DNA of 64,000 nucleotides from Eledone cirrhosa (GCA_964016885.1 OZ024749.1:11904001-11968000), one strand, 5' to 3'. Shown: positions 29,377 to 40,720, counted from the first letter of the stretch. Numbers and translations are program-made. Notes: generated by a model not told the origin, from the letters alone.

Positions 29377-29510
29377 CATAATATAATAAAGGGAGGAGTG
29401 CAGGATTGTGTCCTGAATATTTTTTTACCCCGTTAGTAAAATGGATTACTTTGAATGAATATTACATAATTTATGTACTAAATTTCGTAGCTGTTGATTT
29501 AACATAAATA

Positions 29511-31298
29511 TTAATAATAATAATGAAATTATTGTGTAAAGTGCTCAGGTGCACTACAACTCGTCAATATAGTACATAGAATAATACACAAATGTCAGGG
29601 AAGTACATGTTTGTATGTGTTAGCTGTAGTGTTGGCGGATCTCGGGAAGCATGGAGGCCTTAAAGGATGCAGTGTCTCGACAGCTAACAACTGATGCAGG
29701 TAGTTTGTTCCATGCTTCAGCAACTCTGAGCGTGAAAAAATGTTTCCGAAAGTCATGGGAACTGTGCTGTTTTCTTACTTTGTGGGCATGTCCACGTGTG
29801 TTAGACACATGGAAATCGAAAAGGCACTCAGGGTTGTTGTTGGCAACATGGTTAACAATTTTGTGGGTGTTTACCAAGTCAGTTGCCAGGCGTCGGAGCT
29901 TCAATGAATCCATGCCCAGGGAAGCAAGGCGCTCAGAGTATGGTAGATGCCTGATGGAGGGTATTCGCTTGGTTGCACGTCTCTGAACAGTTTCCAGGCG
30001 GTCAATGTCCTGAGCAAGATAGGGGTTCCAGACTGGTGATGCAAATTCTAAGTGTGGTCGCACCATAGCTGTATACAGCCTTAAATAGATATCTGGAGAG
30101 CGGCTGACAAAGGTTTTGCTGACTGATGCTAAGACACCCTCGGCCCTCTTGACAATTTTAGAGACGTGCCTCGTCCAACGCAAATCGCTGCTGACCGTAA
30201 TGCCCAGGTCACGTTCACAGGAAGACTTCTTGATATTAGTGCTGTGGAGGGAGTATGTGGACGCTGGGTTTTTACTCCCAAAATGCATGGTGGTGCACTT
30301 GTCCACAGTTAGCTTGAGTTGCCAGTCTGAGATCCACTGTTGCATTGTGTCCAGGTCAGACTGCAAGCAAGATCTATAGTGTTCAGGATCTGTCCTTTTT
30401 ATCTCAAGGTACAGCTTGATGTCTTCTGCGTACTTTAGTACTGTGGCATTCCTTAAGTTGGCATCTATGTCATTAATATATGCCACAAACAAAAGGGGGC
30501 CAAGAACAGATCCCTATGGTACACCAGATGACATCTCATATGGTGAGGAATGCTGTCCCAGAACCGTGACTACCTCTCTTCGACTGAGAATGAAGGACTT
30601 CAACCAGTTAAAAAGATCATCCTTCACACCCATTGCAGAGAGTTTTGCCATAAGCCTTTTGTGTGGCACAGAATTGAAGGCCTTCGCAAAGTCAAAGTAA
30701 ACAACATCCACCCATGAGCCGCCATCAGTGATCCGGGTGATGTCCTCAAGAAACTCTATAAGTTGATCACAGCAGCTGGAGTTGGGGATAAATCCAAATT
30801 GCGAGGGCCGGATAAGACTGTGAGAGCTCCAGAAGTTCCAAAGTGTTTCTCTGACACAGGATTCCATCAGTTTGGCGATGTAACTAGTAAGACTGACTGG
30901 ACGATAGTTCACAGGTGATGTGCGGTCACCCTTTTTGAACAGAGGAATGACACTGGCAGTTTTCCACTGTTCTGGAGTAGCACTGTTGTTCAGACAGAAT
31001 TGGAAGAAGCGTGATAACTGGTGTAGAAGGAAGTACCCACCACATTTACGTAACACCATCAAGACCAGGAGAGGCATGGTTGCGTTTATTTTTTAGGTGA
31101 CGTCGCAGCATTGCAGGTGTAAATTCCATGGTTGTAATAGAGTCCGGTGTCATAGGTGGTGGAGATGGTACACTCTGGTCTTCAATGGTGAAAATGCCTG
31201 CATAGCATTCAGCAATGAGCTCTGCGCATTCCTTGGGGTCGTCAGTAACCTGGCTTGTGTGGGGATTGCGAAGAGGACCAACTGGAGAGTGAGGCCTC
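29511..31298 (-). mobile_element. 5'-truncated CR1-clade LINE (RT region, 3' UTR, (ATT)n tail), inactivated
   Basis: Motifs NYRPVSLTS, QFGF, YFDFAKAFNSVPH, SGVP*GSVLGPLLF (stop), YAED in place of YADD, ERDLGI, VRPHLEFASPVWNPY, LETVQRRATK; frameshift near 31050; ATT-repeat tail at 29511-29525. Confidence 0.93.
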
Positions 31299-31654
31299 AT
31301 TTTATTCTTATATTTAATGATTGCTTATTTCAAGATTCACTTCTTTTAAAATTTTCAAATGTCAATACTTCCAGTTATGATATAATGGACGCTGTATCAC
31401 ATCGCTAATATAAATAATCATATATTTGCATACTTATATCATAATGTTTATATTTCCGTCGCTAATTTTCTCCTTTTTCGTTTTCATTACATTTCACCAT
31501 AATGTAGTTTATATATAATATATTTTTTAAATGTATCATGGATTACTTTACTTACAAAAGAGAGTGTAACAGTCTCTCATCAATTTCTGTGCATAATGTC
31601 AATTACGATTTTATTTCACGTATCATATCTACATGCATATAATATCAATATGCA

Positions 31655-32670
31655 CACTGCTCTGGAGTAACACCACTGTTAAGACAGAATTGAAAGTTGG
31701 TGCAGAAGGAAGTACCCACCATGTGTGAAAAGCAGGTACATAACACCAAAACCAGGAGAGGCATAGTTGCGCATATTCATGAGGTGGTGCTGCAGGTGTA
31801 AATTCCATAGTTGCTATAGAATTTGATGTCAGAGATGGTACATTGCGCTTTTTCTATAAACCTCTGATCTATGTAGTTAGTATTCCCATTCAGCAATGTT
31901 TTTTCCTGGCAAGTTGGACTGCTGCAGTCTCCCAAATTGCACTTTGGGATGTTTTTTGTGCTTACATGGTACTGATGCTGCACATGCTGTCCATATTGAT
32001 TTCAAGATGTTCTGAAGTATAGTGTTCACATCTCCAGAGTCGTAAAATTCAAGCCAGTTTGGGCGTTGTAGCTCAGTGCAGTAAGAGTTCCAGTCTGCTT
32101 TATTCCAGTCAAAGTGAGCAGTTTGAAGATAGTTGTAGTTTTTGTTACTGGCCATAAGAAATAGATTGGCAATGATGATAGCATGATCACCTAAAGGTTC
32201 CTCAGTAGCGACACTAATAACCCTTTCAGGAGTAGTGGTAAAGAGGAGATCCAAGGTGTTGTTACCCCTTGTTGGGGAGGTGACTATGTCGCACCAGTTT
32301 GAATCCAGCACCAGCTCAAGGAAATCACTTACACGTTGTGGCTAACAAAAGGTTTCCCTATCAATCTCAGGGCAATTGAAGTCGCCTGCAATAAAAACAT
32401 AAGTGGCTGTCAGCAGTTCTGAGGATATAAAAAACTGTGTCCTGATGGTAGAAGTCTTGAGATGGCCAAACGTATATTGCAGAAAAATACTTCTTGTGAT
32501 TGGTTCAAATTATCACAAGGAATTGCTGGAAAATCTGAACGAACGTAGACTGTCACACCACCACGATTAATGCAGTCTTTGCGAAATAAGTTGTAACCAG
32601 CTATGCTAAAAACACCATGACAGAGTAAAGAATGCACCCATGTTTCCATGGCTGTAAAACAATTTTCTAT
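31655..32670 (-). mobile_element. Older, internally deleted CR1-type LINE fragment (APE endonuclease domain plus pieces upstream of RT)
   Basis: GYNLFRKD..RGG, AGDFN and PTRGNNTLDLLFT..LGDH endonuclease motifs; 31660-31860 is homologous to 30980-31170. Confidence 0.8.
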
Positions 32671-32770
32671 CATAGAATGAGTGTGAGTTTAGTATGAAAA
32701 TGGTTGAATAGTAACTCTGTTGGAATGTTATGTTTAGAAGCAACAATAAAATAGAATAAATTAAACTTAC

Positions 32771-32863
32771 AGTATAAAGTTATTAACTCTGATGGTGGGA
32801 TGGACCAGCGTATAGGGCAGTAATTACTATCTCCAATTTTAAAAGGTGTGGTAGAGCAGGAAG
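32771..32863 (-). CDS. Coding exon 4 (93 bp, phase 1-1) of the same gene; absent from the ORF track
   Basis: Acceptor gtcttattcAG|CT and donor TACT|GTAAGT; reads (S)SCSTTPFKIGDSNYCPIRWSIPPSELITLY. Confidence 0.87.
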
Positions 32864-32989
32864 CTGAATAAGACGGACAAGAAATAAGTCAACAATGATT
32901 CTTGAATGAAATTCAAATTAAAATAAACCTTACTGATTACATTGATACACATTTAGCTGTCTTTCTATGAACTTCTATCTCGTAGGCAG

Positions 32990-33143
32990 TTTCTCGGCTG
33001 ATGATAACAACCCAGTCCTATCATGAAAAGCAGTGTGAAATAATGTGTCTTTCTCAAGAATATAATGTGCTACCTAGTCTAGGAATCGAACCCATGAACT
33101 TATGATGATCAGTCCAACACCCTAACCACTAAGCCACACACCT
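32990..33143 (-). mobile_element. tRNA-derived SINE head, decayed
   Basis: Minus strand has A-box TGGCTTAGTGG and B-box GGTTCGATTCC at tRNA-like spacing, followed by a non-tRNA body. Confidence 0.7.
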
Positions 33144-33199
33144 ATACATCAATAAAGTATGAACAACAGTTCAATAAATCTAGACGACAGATCAAGAAT

Positions 33200-33300
33200 C
33201 GTCATTTTTACGCTACTTTTTCCATATTTGGATGGTTTGGGACAGACTTTCTTGAGAGGTTTTCTATGGTTGAATGTCCTTCCCGATGCCAACCAATACT
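33200..33300 (-). mobile_element. Short remnant of an RTE-like 3' end
   Basis: ttttctatggttgaatgtccttcccgatgccaacc resembles the RTE 3' UTR at 37368-37403. Confidence 0.5.
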
Positions 33301-33474
33301 TAACTGTTGTTGAACTGTTACTCAGTTACAACTGACCATTTTTATAAATGGTGTTGATATTTTGCAGCAACTAGCAAACACACACATATTCTTAGCACCT
33401 CAAGAGAATATTCTTTGCTGAAGACTAATATGACCAAAACAAGTTCCTCATTTTCAGCCAAATGGAGCTTGTAT

Positions 33475-33757
33475 GTGTATTTACTATCTAGACTACTCAG
33501 GGACTCCCTCATACTGTATTTACTAACTAGACTGCACAAGGACTCCCTCATACTGTAGTTACTATCTAGACTGCACAGGGACTCCCTCATACTGTATTTA
33601 CTATCTAGACTGTTCAGGGACTCCCTCACACTGTATTTAATATCTAGATTGCTCAGGGACTCCCTCACACTGTATTTACTATCTAGACTGCACAGGGACT
33701 ATCCCCTAATATTGTATGTGTATTTACCATCTAGACTGCTCAGGGACTCCCTCATAT
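33475..33757. repeat. 39-bp minisatellite (ACTGTATTTACTATCTAGACTGCACAGGGACTCCCTCAT)n, ~7 copies
   Basis: 39-bp periodicity; explains the 13-aa repeat of ORF 33342-33668. Confidence 0.92.
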
Positions 33758-34186
33758 TCTTAAGTTTTCTATCTCAGTCACAACTATATTTTCTCTTTTC
33801 AATTTACACATGTATAATATACACTCCAACTTCTAAATTCATTCAATATATACACTTCTTCTCCAACCTCAAAGCATCTAATGGGCATCTACATAGATTC
33901 TGTCTACAAACTTTCACTCATATAGAACATTGGTCCAGCTGAGGCTAAAGTAGGTGGCCCAGGTGCTGATATAATAACGACTGAGGACTGTGCCGTTACA
34001 AAATAAACTCTTCAAATACAAAACCATTCCTGCATAACTTGTAGTAATCAGTTATACTAGTAATATACTGTACCAAAACAGCATTATAACTACATCACAT
34101 CAAAACTTAAAGCCATTACTCTAATACTGAAAATGTTTACAACAAACTGAACAGTATAAAACAGCACTATGATTGTATCACATCAA

Positions 34187-34385
34187 CCCTTTAGTATCTA
34201 AACCGGTCATATCTCACCTCTTTCAGTTCAAACCAGCTGTAACCAGCCTCTCATACTTATGTTAAGATATTGTTCTCAAAATAAACAACTTCAAAATCTT
34301 GTAGATTCGATATTATGTAAGATAAAGCCTTTACCACAAAAATTCAATGTATATATATATATAGCGTAATGTAAATGGTAAAGGG
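34187..34385 (+). mobile_element. ~200-bp MITE with CCCTTTA...TAAAGGG termini flanked by T(C/T)AA (piggyBac-like target)
   Basis: tcaa|CCCTTTAGTATCTA ... TAAATGGTAAAGGG|ttaa; homologous to the split copy at 37197-39096. Confidence 0.75.
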
Positions 34386-34558
34386 TTAAAAATTAAAGTC
34401 TTTACTAAAAAATTTCTCAACAATCTGTTCACTAGTAAAGATACTACAAACATTTGAATTAACAAACCCATTTTTAAATATTTTCTGTTAAATTGTCACA
34501 AGATGTTAATATATTATTTCATTCAATAAAAGTTGAAATAATGTTTTTAATAACTTAC

Positions 34559-34623
34559 AGCTACTTTTGAACTGAAGTATGTTTGGTGTTCTGAAAAACA
34601 CATACAAACAACGGAAACAATTC
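34559..34623 (-). CDS. Coding exon 3 (65 bp, phase 2-1) of the same gene
   Basis: Acceptor ttttctttgttgcAG|G and donor AGCT|GTAAGT; reads (Q)NCFRCLYVFFRTPNILQFKSS. Confidence 0.9.
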
Positions 34624-34744
34624 CTGCAACAAAGAAAACAGTGATTAGAAATTAGTGGGGAGAAAAAAATAGATGACTTTAAAATATCTCCTTTAAAATG
34701 TATAAAGAGGGGTTGGTGGGGTGGGATTGAACTTTTGAGCCCAA

Positions 34745-34905
34745 AACTGATATTTTCCATGCTAAGTGAAACAGGTTGTCCTGCTCCGAGGCTGCTAGGT
34801 CATCAGGTGACCATGTCCTGCTCATATATCCCAATTTTGGCTTGGTTTTCTACAACTGGATGCCCCTCCCAATGTCAACCACTTTATATTGTAAGAAACT
34901 GTTTC
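34745..34905 (-). mobile_element. RTE LINE 3'-UTR remnant
   Basis: Alignable by eye to 37270-37420 (gtgaccatgtcctgctcata...ttttctacaactggatgccc). Confidence 0.65.
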
Positions 34906-35098
34906 ATTGCACCCACTACTATCTCCTTAACTTTATTTATTTAATCAATTTAAATGTCCATGCAAAATTGGTAAGCCATGACAAACTCAGAAAGATATCT
35001 AATACTCCTTATAAATAACGATAGAGAGGGGGAGAGAGAGATTTCTAATGTCTATGATTTTTAAATAAATTCTGAAAATAATCCAGAATTTTTATGCA

Positions 35099-36219
35099 TC
35101 TATACAAATAAAGCTGACGGCCGTATGTAAGTAACAAACTTTTTGCCAAACGGCTGAACCAAACTTGCAACTTTTTACAAGAAAGTGAGGGTATTTTTGT
35201 CTACTAAATTTTGTTAAAAGATTAAAGATATTTTTTAAATATTCACTTCTTTATTTTCAACAGTAATACTATACTATATATTTTCAACAGTAATACTGTA
35301 CTATATATTTTCAACAGTAATACTGTACTATATATTTTCAACAGTAATACTGTACTATATATTTTCAACAGTAATACTGTACTATATATTTTCAACAGTC
35401 ATACTATACTATATATTTTCAACAGTAATACTGTACTATATATTTTCAACAGTAATACTATACTATATATTTTCAACAGTAATACTGTACTATATATTTT
35501 CAACAGTAATACTGTACTATATATTTTCAACAGTAATACTGTACTATATATTTTCAACAGTAATACTGTACTATATATTTTCAACAGTCATACTATACTA
35601 TATATTTTCAACAGTAATACTGTACTATATATTTTCAACAGTAATACTATACTATATATTTTCAACAGTAATACTGTACTATATATTTTCAACAGTAATA
35701 CTGTACTGTACTATATATTTTCAACAGTAATACTATACTATATATTTTCAACAGTAATACTATACTATATATTTTCAACAGTAATACTGTACTATATATT
35801 TTCAACAGTCATACTATACTATATATTTTCAACAGTAATACTGTACTATATATTTTCAACAGTAATACTATACTATATATTTTCAACAGTAATACTATAC
35901 TATATATTTTCAACAGTAATACTATACTATATATTTTCAACAGTAATACTGTACTATATATTTTCAACAGTAATACTGTACTATATATTTTCAACAGTAA
36001 TACTATACTATATATTTTCAACAGTAATACTGTACTATATATTTTCAACAGTAATACTATACTATATATTTTCAACAGTAATACTGTACTGTACTATATA
36101 TTTTCAACAGTAATACTATACTACACAGACGGCTTATCGTCTGTTTATCCAAACGAAGCTAGGTACACCAGCTATATCTGGATGCCATAGAACAGGCCAA
36201 TGGTAGCCGGGCCAGCTAG
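35099..36219 (+). mobile_element. Non-autonomous Helitron-like element containing a tandem array
   Basis: A|TCTATAC 5' end, AAACGGCTGAACC subterminal motif, 3' hairpins, terminal CTAG|T; inserted between A and T with no TSD. Confidence 0.65.
35252..36123. repeat. 27-bp AT-rich minisatellite (TATTTTCAACAGTAATACTRTACTATA)n, ~32 copies
   Basis: 27-bp periodicity with occasional 32-bp units carrying an extra TACTG. Confidence 0.97.
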
Positions 36220-36400
36220 TTTATTAATATAACAGAGTTTTTATTGTTTATCTGCAGTTTGGAACAAAGGTTTCTACATGAAATTATGAAGGTATATAAA
36301 CAGGTATAAACACTTTAAAATAAGCATCACAGAACCAGGGGTGGTTTCTGGGGGTTTGGTATCATAGAACAAGGAGCAGTTTCAGGGGGTTTCAAAAGGG
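36220..36400 (+). mobile_element. Right half of a second TTAA-type MITE (left remnant at ~35041-35098, split by the Helitron)
   Basis: Ends CAAAAGGG|TTAA; contains a duplicated ATCAYAGAAC..GG..GTTTC.GGGGGTTT block; related internal sequence at 26175-26265. Confidence 0.55.
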
Positions 36401-36559
36401 TTAATACCTCTATTACAAACAAAATAACTTCTCTGCTATCAAATAACACTTGTCTTGATCAGATAACAATGGTAAAGATATCCTTAAATCATAAAACAGA
36501 AATACATAGACTTAATTTCCAAAGTTAACTATATAGGTACAGGTAAATGTTGCTAACTT

Positions 36560-36880
36560 ATCATTCAGGTGATTTTAGATTCAGTTACACTGTGGTAACA
36601 CTTTCATCAAGTGTCTCCTATTACAACCACAATATGACCAATACCTTGTTTTGTACCAAATTTTGTAGATAGAAAGTGTATGAAAGTACTCCATATATTT
36701 GTGTGTGTGTGTTTATGTTTCAAACCCAGTGGTTTCATAAACAGAGACTGGTAAAATAAGTACCAGATTAAAAAAAAAAGAAGACATGTATTGGAGTTGA
36801 TATGATTGACTAAGTCTTTGTCAGACAGTGTCCCAGCATGGCCACTGTCTAATGACGGAAACTGGTAAAAGAATAAAACA
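36560..36880 (+). mobile_element. Decayed SINE (body, (TG)n spacer, 3' tail)
   Basis: caagtgtctcctatta..., taagtaccag..., ccagcatggccactgtctaatgacggaaactggtaaaagaataaaa resemble abundant octopus SINE modules (recalled, not searched). Confidence 0.55.
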
Positions 36881-36909
36881 ATAAAAATAATGAAGAACAT
36901 GTAACTAAC

Positions 36910-37084
36910 TGAGATTTCACCAAAATAATTGTAGTCTTGGCTGCATTAGCTTTATTAGTAGTTTCGTTAAACACTCTGATATCTTCACAGGTGTTGGATC
37001 CCCAGTTCTGATCATTAATGTTGAGAGACTTTGTACCATCTGATCCGTAATATTCTCCATGATACCACGTTGGAAAAATACAGT
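36910..37084 (-). CDS. Coding exon 2 (175 bp, phase 1-2) of the same gene
   Basis: Acceptor tttttcattgttgcAG|AC and donor TCTCA|GTTAGT; reads (N)CIFPTWYHGEYYGSDGTKSLNINDQNWGSNTCEDIRVFNETTNKANAAKTTIILVKS. Confidence 0.9.
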
Positions 37085-37196
37085 CTGCAACAATGAAAAA
37101 TAATAAACTTTCAGAAACAAAATTCAAAATCATATTTCAAAATGTAAGCATGGGAAAGTAGAGATAAAACGGTGAAGATAATGATGTCCATGTTAA

Positions 37197-39096
37197 CCCT
37201 TTAGCATTTACATCATAATTGTATTTTCATGGTAAAGGCTTTCATCATCATCATCATCATCGTTTAATGGCCATTTTCTACGTTAGCATGGGTTAGACGG
37301 GAGTTGTCCCACTTGAGGCAAAGTTGGTCGGGTGACCGTGTCTTGCTCATATAGGACTATCTGGCAGGTTTTCTACGGCTGGTTGCCCTTCCTAACACCA
37401 ACTACATTTACAGTGTGGGCTGGGAGGTTTTTACCGTGTTACCTACATGACCACATTACAGCGTGGACTGTGTTTATTTTGTCGTGACACCTACACGACC
37501 TTGATCTCATTATCTCATTTATTTGGACTGGATGTTGTGGTATCAACTTTACAGAGAGAGGGTGGTGTTGGTGGGAGTGGGAGGATAGGGTAGGGGTAGT
37601 GGATTGGGGGTGTATATTTGGTTAAGAGGTGCCTACTGACTGTAGGTTTCGCTTTATACATAGGCAAAGCGGGTCTTCTGTATTACTGCGTAGCGCCAAA
37701 GATCTCGGTCCAGTGACATTGTCTTGGAGAGGTGTAAGTGTGTAAGGTCGGAATTTATCAGCTCGTCCCAGGTTTTTCTGGGTCTACCTACTCCGTAACT
37801 TCCATCAATTTTGATCGCCCTGCACGTTTTTTATAAAGCTGTCGTCTTTCATGCGCATCACGTGGCCATACCAACATAGTCTTCTCTCGAGTAAACAGCA
37901 TCTGATCCCTCTTATTCCTAATTTCTCACTTAGTTCATTTATGCTTTGCCATTCACGTATATTACTATTACACATCCAATGGAGCATGCATGCTTCGTTC
38001 CTTTCGTCTACACAGGTCCTCTGCACGTAATGCCCAAGTCTCACTGCCATGTATCATTGCTGTTCATATACAGGCATCATACAATCTGCCTTTCATTTTT
38101 AGAGAGATACCTTTAGCAGCCAATAGTGGTATAAGCTCTCTGAACTTTTTCCATCCCGTTCTGACTCTAGCTACTGTACTTTCAGAACACCCTCCACCAC
38201 TGCTGATTTCATCACCCAGGTAACGGAAAGTGTCTACTATTTCTATAGAACCATCTGGGCAATAGAAGGGGCTAGTATCCTGTGGACATTTGCTACCTAT
38301 TGCACCTGAGCATCGGCCACATATAAAGTCTATGTTCTTAGATAGTTTACCTGTGATCCCACTACATCTTTTATGTACCCATACTTTGCATTTGGGACAT
38401 AAAATTGCATTTCTGCCTACTCCTTTCCTACACACTGAGCATGGCCATTTCCCTGAAGGTACCTGTGTCTTATTTTCCTTTCTACAAACTAGGACTTTAG
38501 TCTTAGACAAGTTAACTTTAAGGCCTTTTGATTCTAGGCCATGCTTCCATGTTTGGAATTTCTTTTCTAGTTCAGCCATTGATTCAGCTATGAGCGTTAG
38601 ATCATCTGCATATAGGAGTTCCGATGGGCAGCTGGTCTTGAACTCCTCTGTTATAGCCTGAAGGGCAATAATAAATAGGAGGGGGCTAAGGACATAGCCT
38701 TGGTGAACACCAACTTTTACACTAAATTCTTCACAATATTCATTGTTAATTCTAACCTTACTGACTGTTTCATTATACATAGATCTCACAAGCCATTCAT
38801 CTACACCTAGTTTTCTAAGAGCCCACCAGATAATGGAGCAGGGGACTCTGTCAAAGGCTTTTTCCAGGTCTACAAAAGCTAAGTAGAGGGGTTTACTTTT
38901 AGCTTGTAGTTGTTGTACAAGGAAAAGAGCGTCTGTGGTACTTTACCTCTCATAATATCGAATCTATGAGATTTTGACATTATTTATTTTGAGAACAATA
39001 CCATAACATCAGTATGAGTGGCCAGTTATGGCTGTTTGAAAAAAAAAAGAGGTGAGAAAATTCTGGCCGGATACAACTGGTTTAAATGCTAAAGGG
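37197..39096 (-). mobile_element. MITE (same family as 34187-34385, inverted) split into 37197-37242 and 38941-39096 by a LINE insertion
   Basis: ttaa|CCCTTTAGCATTTA and TAAATGCTAAAGGG|ttat are perfect 14-bp inverted termini; the halves rejoin colinearly with the intact copy. Confidence 0.8.
37243..38940 (-). mobile_element. 5'-truncated RTE-clade LINE with a PHD-finger insertion in RT; (GAT)n tail
   Basis: AFVDLEKAFDRVP, GVHQGYVLSPLLF, LLYADDL, C4HC3 finger, FRYLG, HGSETW, RRLCWYGHVMR; premature stop at 38064 and frameshifts; tail at 37243-37261. Confidence 0.92.
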
Positions 39097-39149
39097 TTAT
39101 GGTTATCTCAGTATTTGAAAGGGCTGAATTATCAGGGTTGTTAAAACGT

Positions 39150-39640
39150 CAGGTAGAATGCTTAGTCTCTCTATCCATATGTTATGGTTGTGTTGACAAG
39201 TGATGGAATGTAGGAGGCTGAATTAAGTAAAAGAATTGCAGAAGCTGATGCAGTAATGCGCAAGCTTTGGCATTCAATAATCAATACAAAGGGGATAGGT
39301 GTAAAAGTCAAATTCATGCCTTGGGTAATGACCAGAATATGATGGCAATTTCCAGCAGCCAAAATGGAGTTCCTTCAAAGGGTCTTTGGAGTAATGTTAC
39401 TTGATAGAGTGCATAGCTTGGAGATCAGGTTGTTGCAATAGTCGGTCTAGGAAAGAATCACTGGTCAGATTTTACGAGCAAGACCAACCGACAGGAGTAG
39501 ACCTCGAGCAAGATGGTTAGATAACATCCATGAGCTCAGCTGGTCTCGTTTAGGGATACAGCCGGATAAATTGAAGATAGGAAGACGTGCTTGAGGACCC
39601 ATGACACTCCCAGGAATAAGAGGGAAAACAAGAGAAAGAA
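39150..39640 (+). mobile_element. Decayed RTE fragment, same family as 26275-27100, opposite orientation
   Basis: acaagtgatggaa..aggaggctgaattaagt..aagaattgcag..gcagtaatgc matches the reverse complement of 26750-26820; shared 3' end. Confidence 0.8.
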
Positions 39641-39734
39641 TAAAGGAAAATTTATCCCCTACGTTTTGTACTAATTCAAGTATTCCACTGATAAGAAGAA
39701 ATAGGAGCTTATCAGCTAGATTAGCATTATAATT

Positions 39735-39915
39735 TAATAATTTTTTCTACTTTTGGCACAAGGCCAGCAATTATCCCAGTGTATTACTGGTACTTTATTT
39801 CATCGACCCCGTAAAGATGAAAGGCAAAGTTAACCTCGACGGGATTTGAACTCAGACCATAAAGGGCCGTAACTCTATGCTGCAAAGCATGGCGTCAGAC
39901 CCTCTACCGATACTG
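39735..39915 (-). mobile_element. tRNA-derived SINE with a Nin-type central domain
   Basis: Minus strand B-box GAGTTCAAATCC, then GCCTTTCATCTTTACGGGGTCGATGAAATAAAGTACCAG (Nin-domain-like) and an A-rich tail. Confidence 0.7.
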
Positions 39916-40720
39916 CCAATCCATATAATAGGTGGAAAGCAGCCCCACCCCATCCCACAATTGGACATAATGGCCCTTCTGAGGCCTTGAGTTTGAGAAC
40001 CACTGATCTAGGATGTGTGATGGTGCAAAAGAGTCAAGAGCAATGAGTAAAAAGGTTGGGCTTCTTCCCTTTGATCTTGCACAATCAAAATGACTCCAGA
40101 ATTGAGGGGGACATCGGCTGTGGCTAACTTCAACCTGGTGCATTGAGTGATCCTTAAAGGCCCTACAGAATTGCTACAATTGATACTTCAATCCGTTGCA
40201 TACATCAGTCCCGACTCTGAGAACGATGGCGAGGCAGAACAGATGTGGACAAAATGAACCACCAATGTTCAACGTAGATAAAGCATCAACTCAATGCAAA
40301 ATATAAGTGATACTTTAAATATTGATCGGACTGATCAAAAATAGGGTTGAAGATATATTTCTACTCTGGAAGAACTAATAAATAAAACTTCGTCTACTTT
40401 CAGTAGAATTTTCCCCCGTTAAGTATGTTAAAAAAAATTGAAATTGTGTCACGAACTTATTAAAATGACTCATAATCGAAGTATCCAGTCGAGAAAGATT
40501 TAGCTAAACTAGGCAAAAGATCGGTTTGAAAAGAAACAAAAATAATATAGTCGAATTATTTTAATCTTGGGATGAATTGGAACACTTTGAGACAAGCCAA
40601 CACACTTGCAGCACGGTGATGGCGAGGCTGAGGCGCTGAAACAACCAAGAACCCTTACTAGACACCTCAGTAAAGCGAGCCGCCAGCGATGACAAGAACT
40701 TCACTGTCAGCGGTCCAACT

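Noticed and set aside
27176-29386. 736-aa ORF of (MKDTVYVINPFITIFL)n as a repeat protein
   Set aside because: It is coextensive with a 48-bp minisatellite and antisense within an intron. Only two of 16 codons are one step from a stop, so openness is expected, and most distal variants are non-synonymous.
29620-32673. One full-length active CR1 (APE plus RT)
   Set aside because: These are two separate copies with overlapping homologous segments, separated by AT-rich DNA, with stops, frameshifts and a YAED catalytic change.
33075-33143. tRNA gene
   Set aside because: A and B boxes are present, but there is no convincing cloverleaf and it continues into a SINE body.
39985-40010. GTTTGAGAACCACTG as a hAT-type terminal inverted repeat
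   Set aside because: No partner TIR or TSD found nearby; too short to call.
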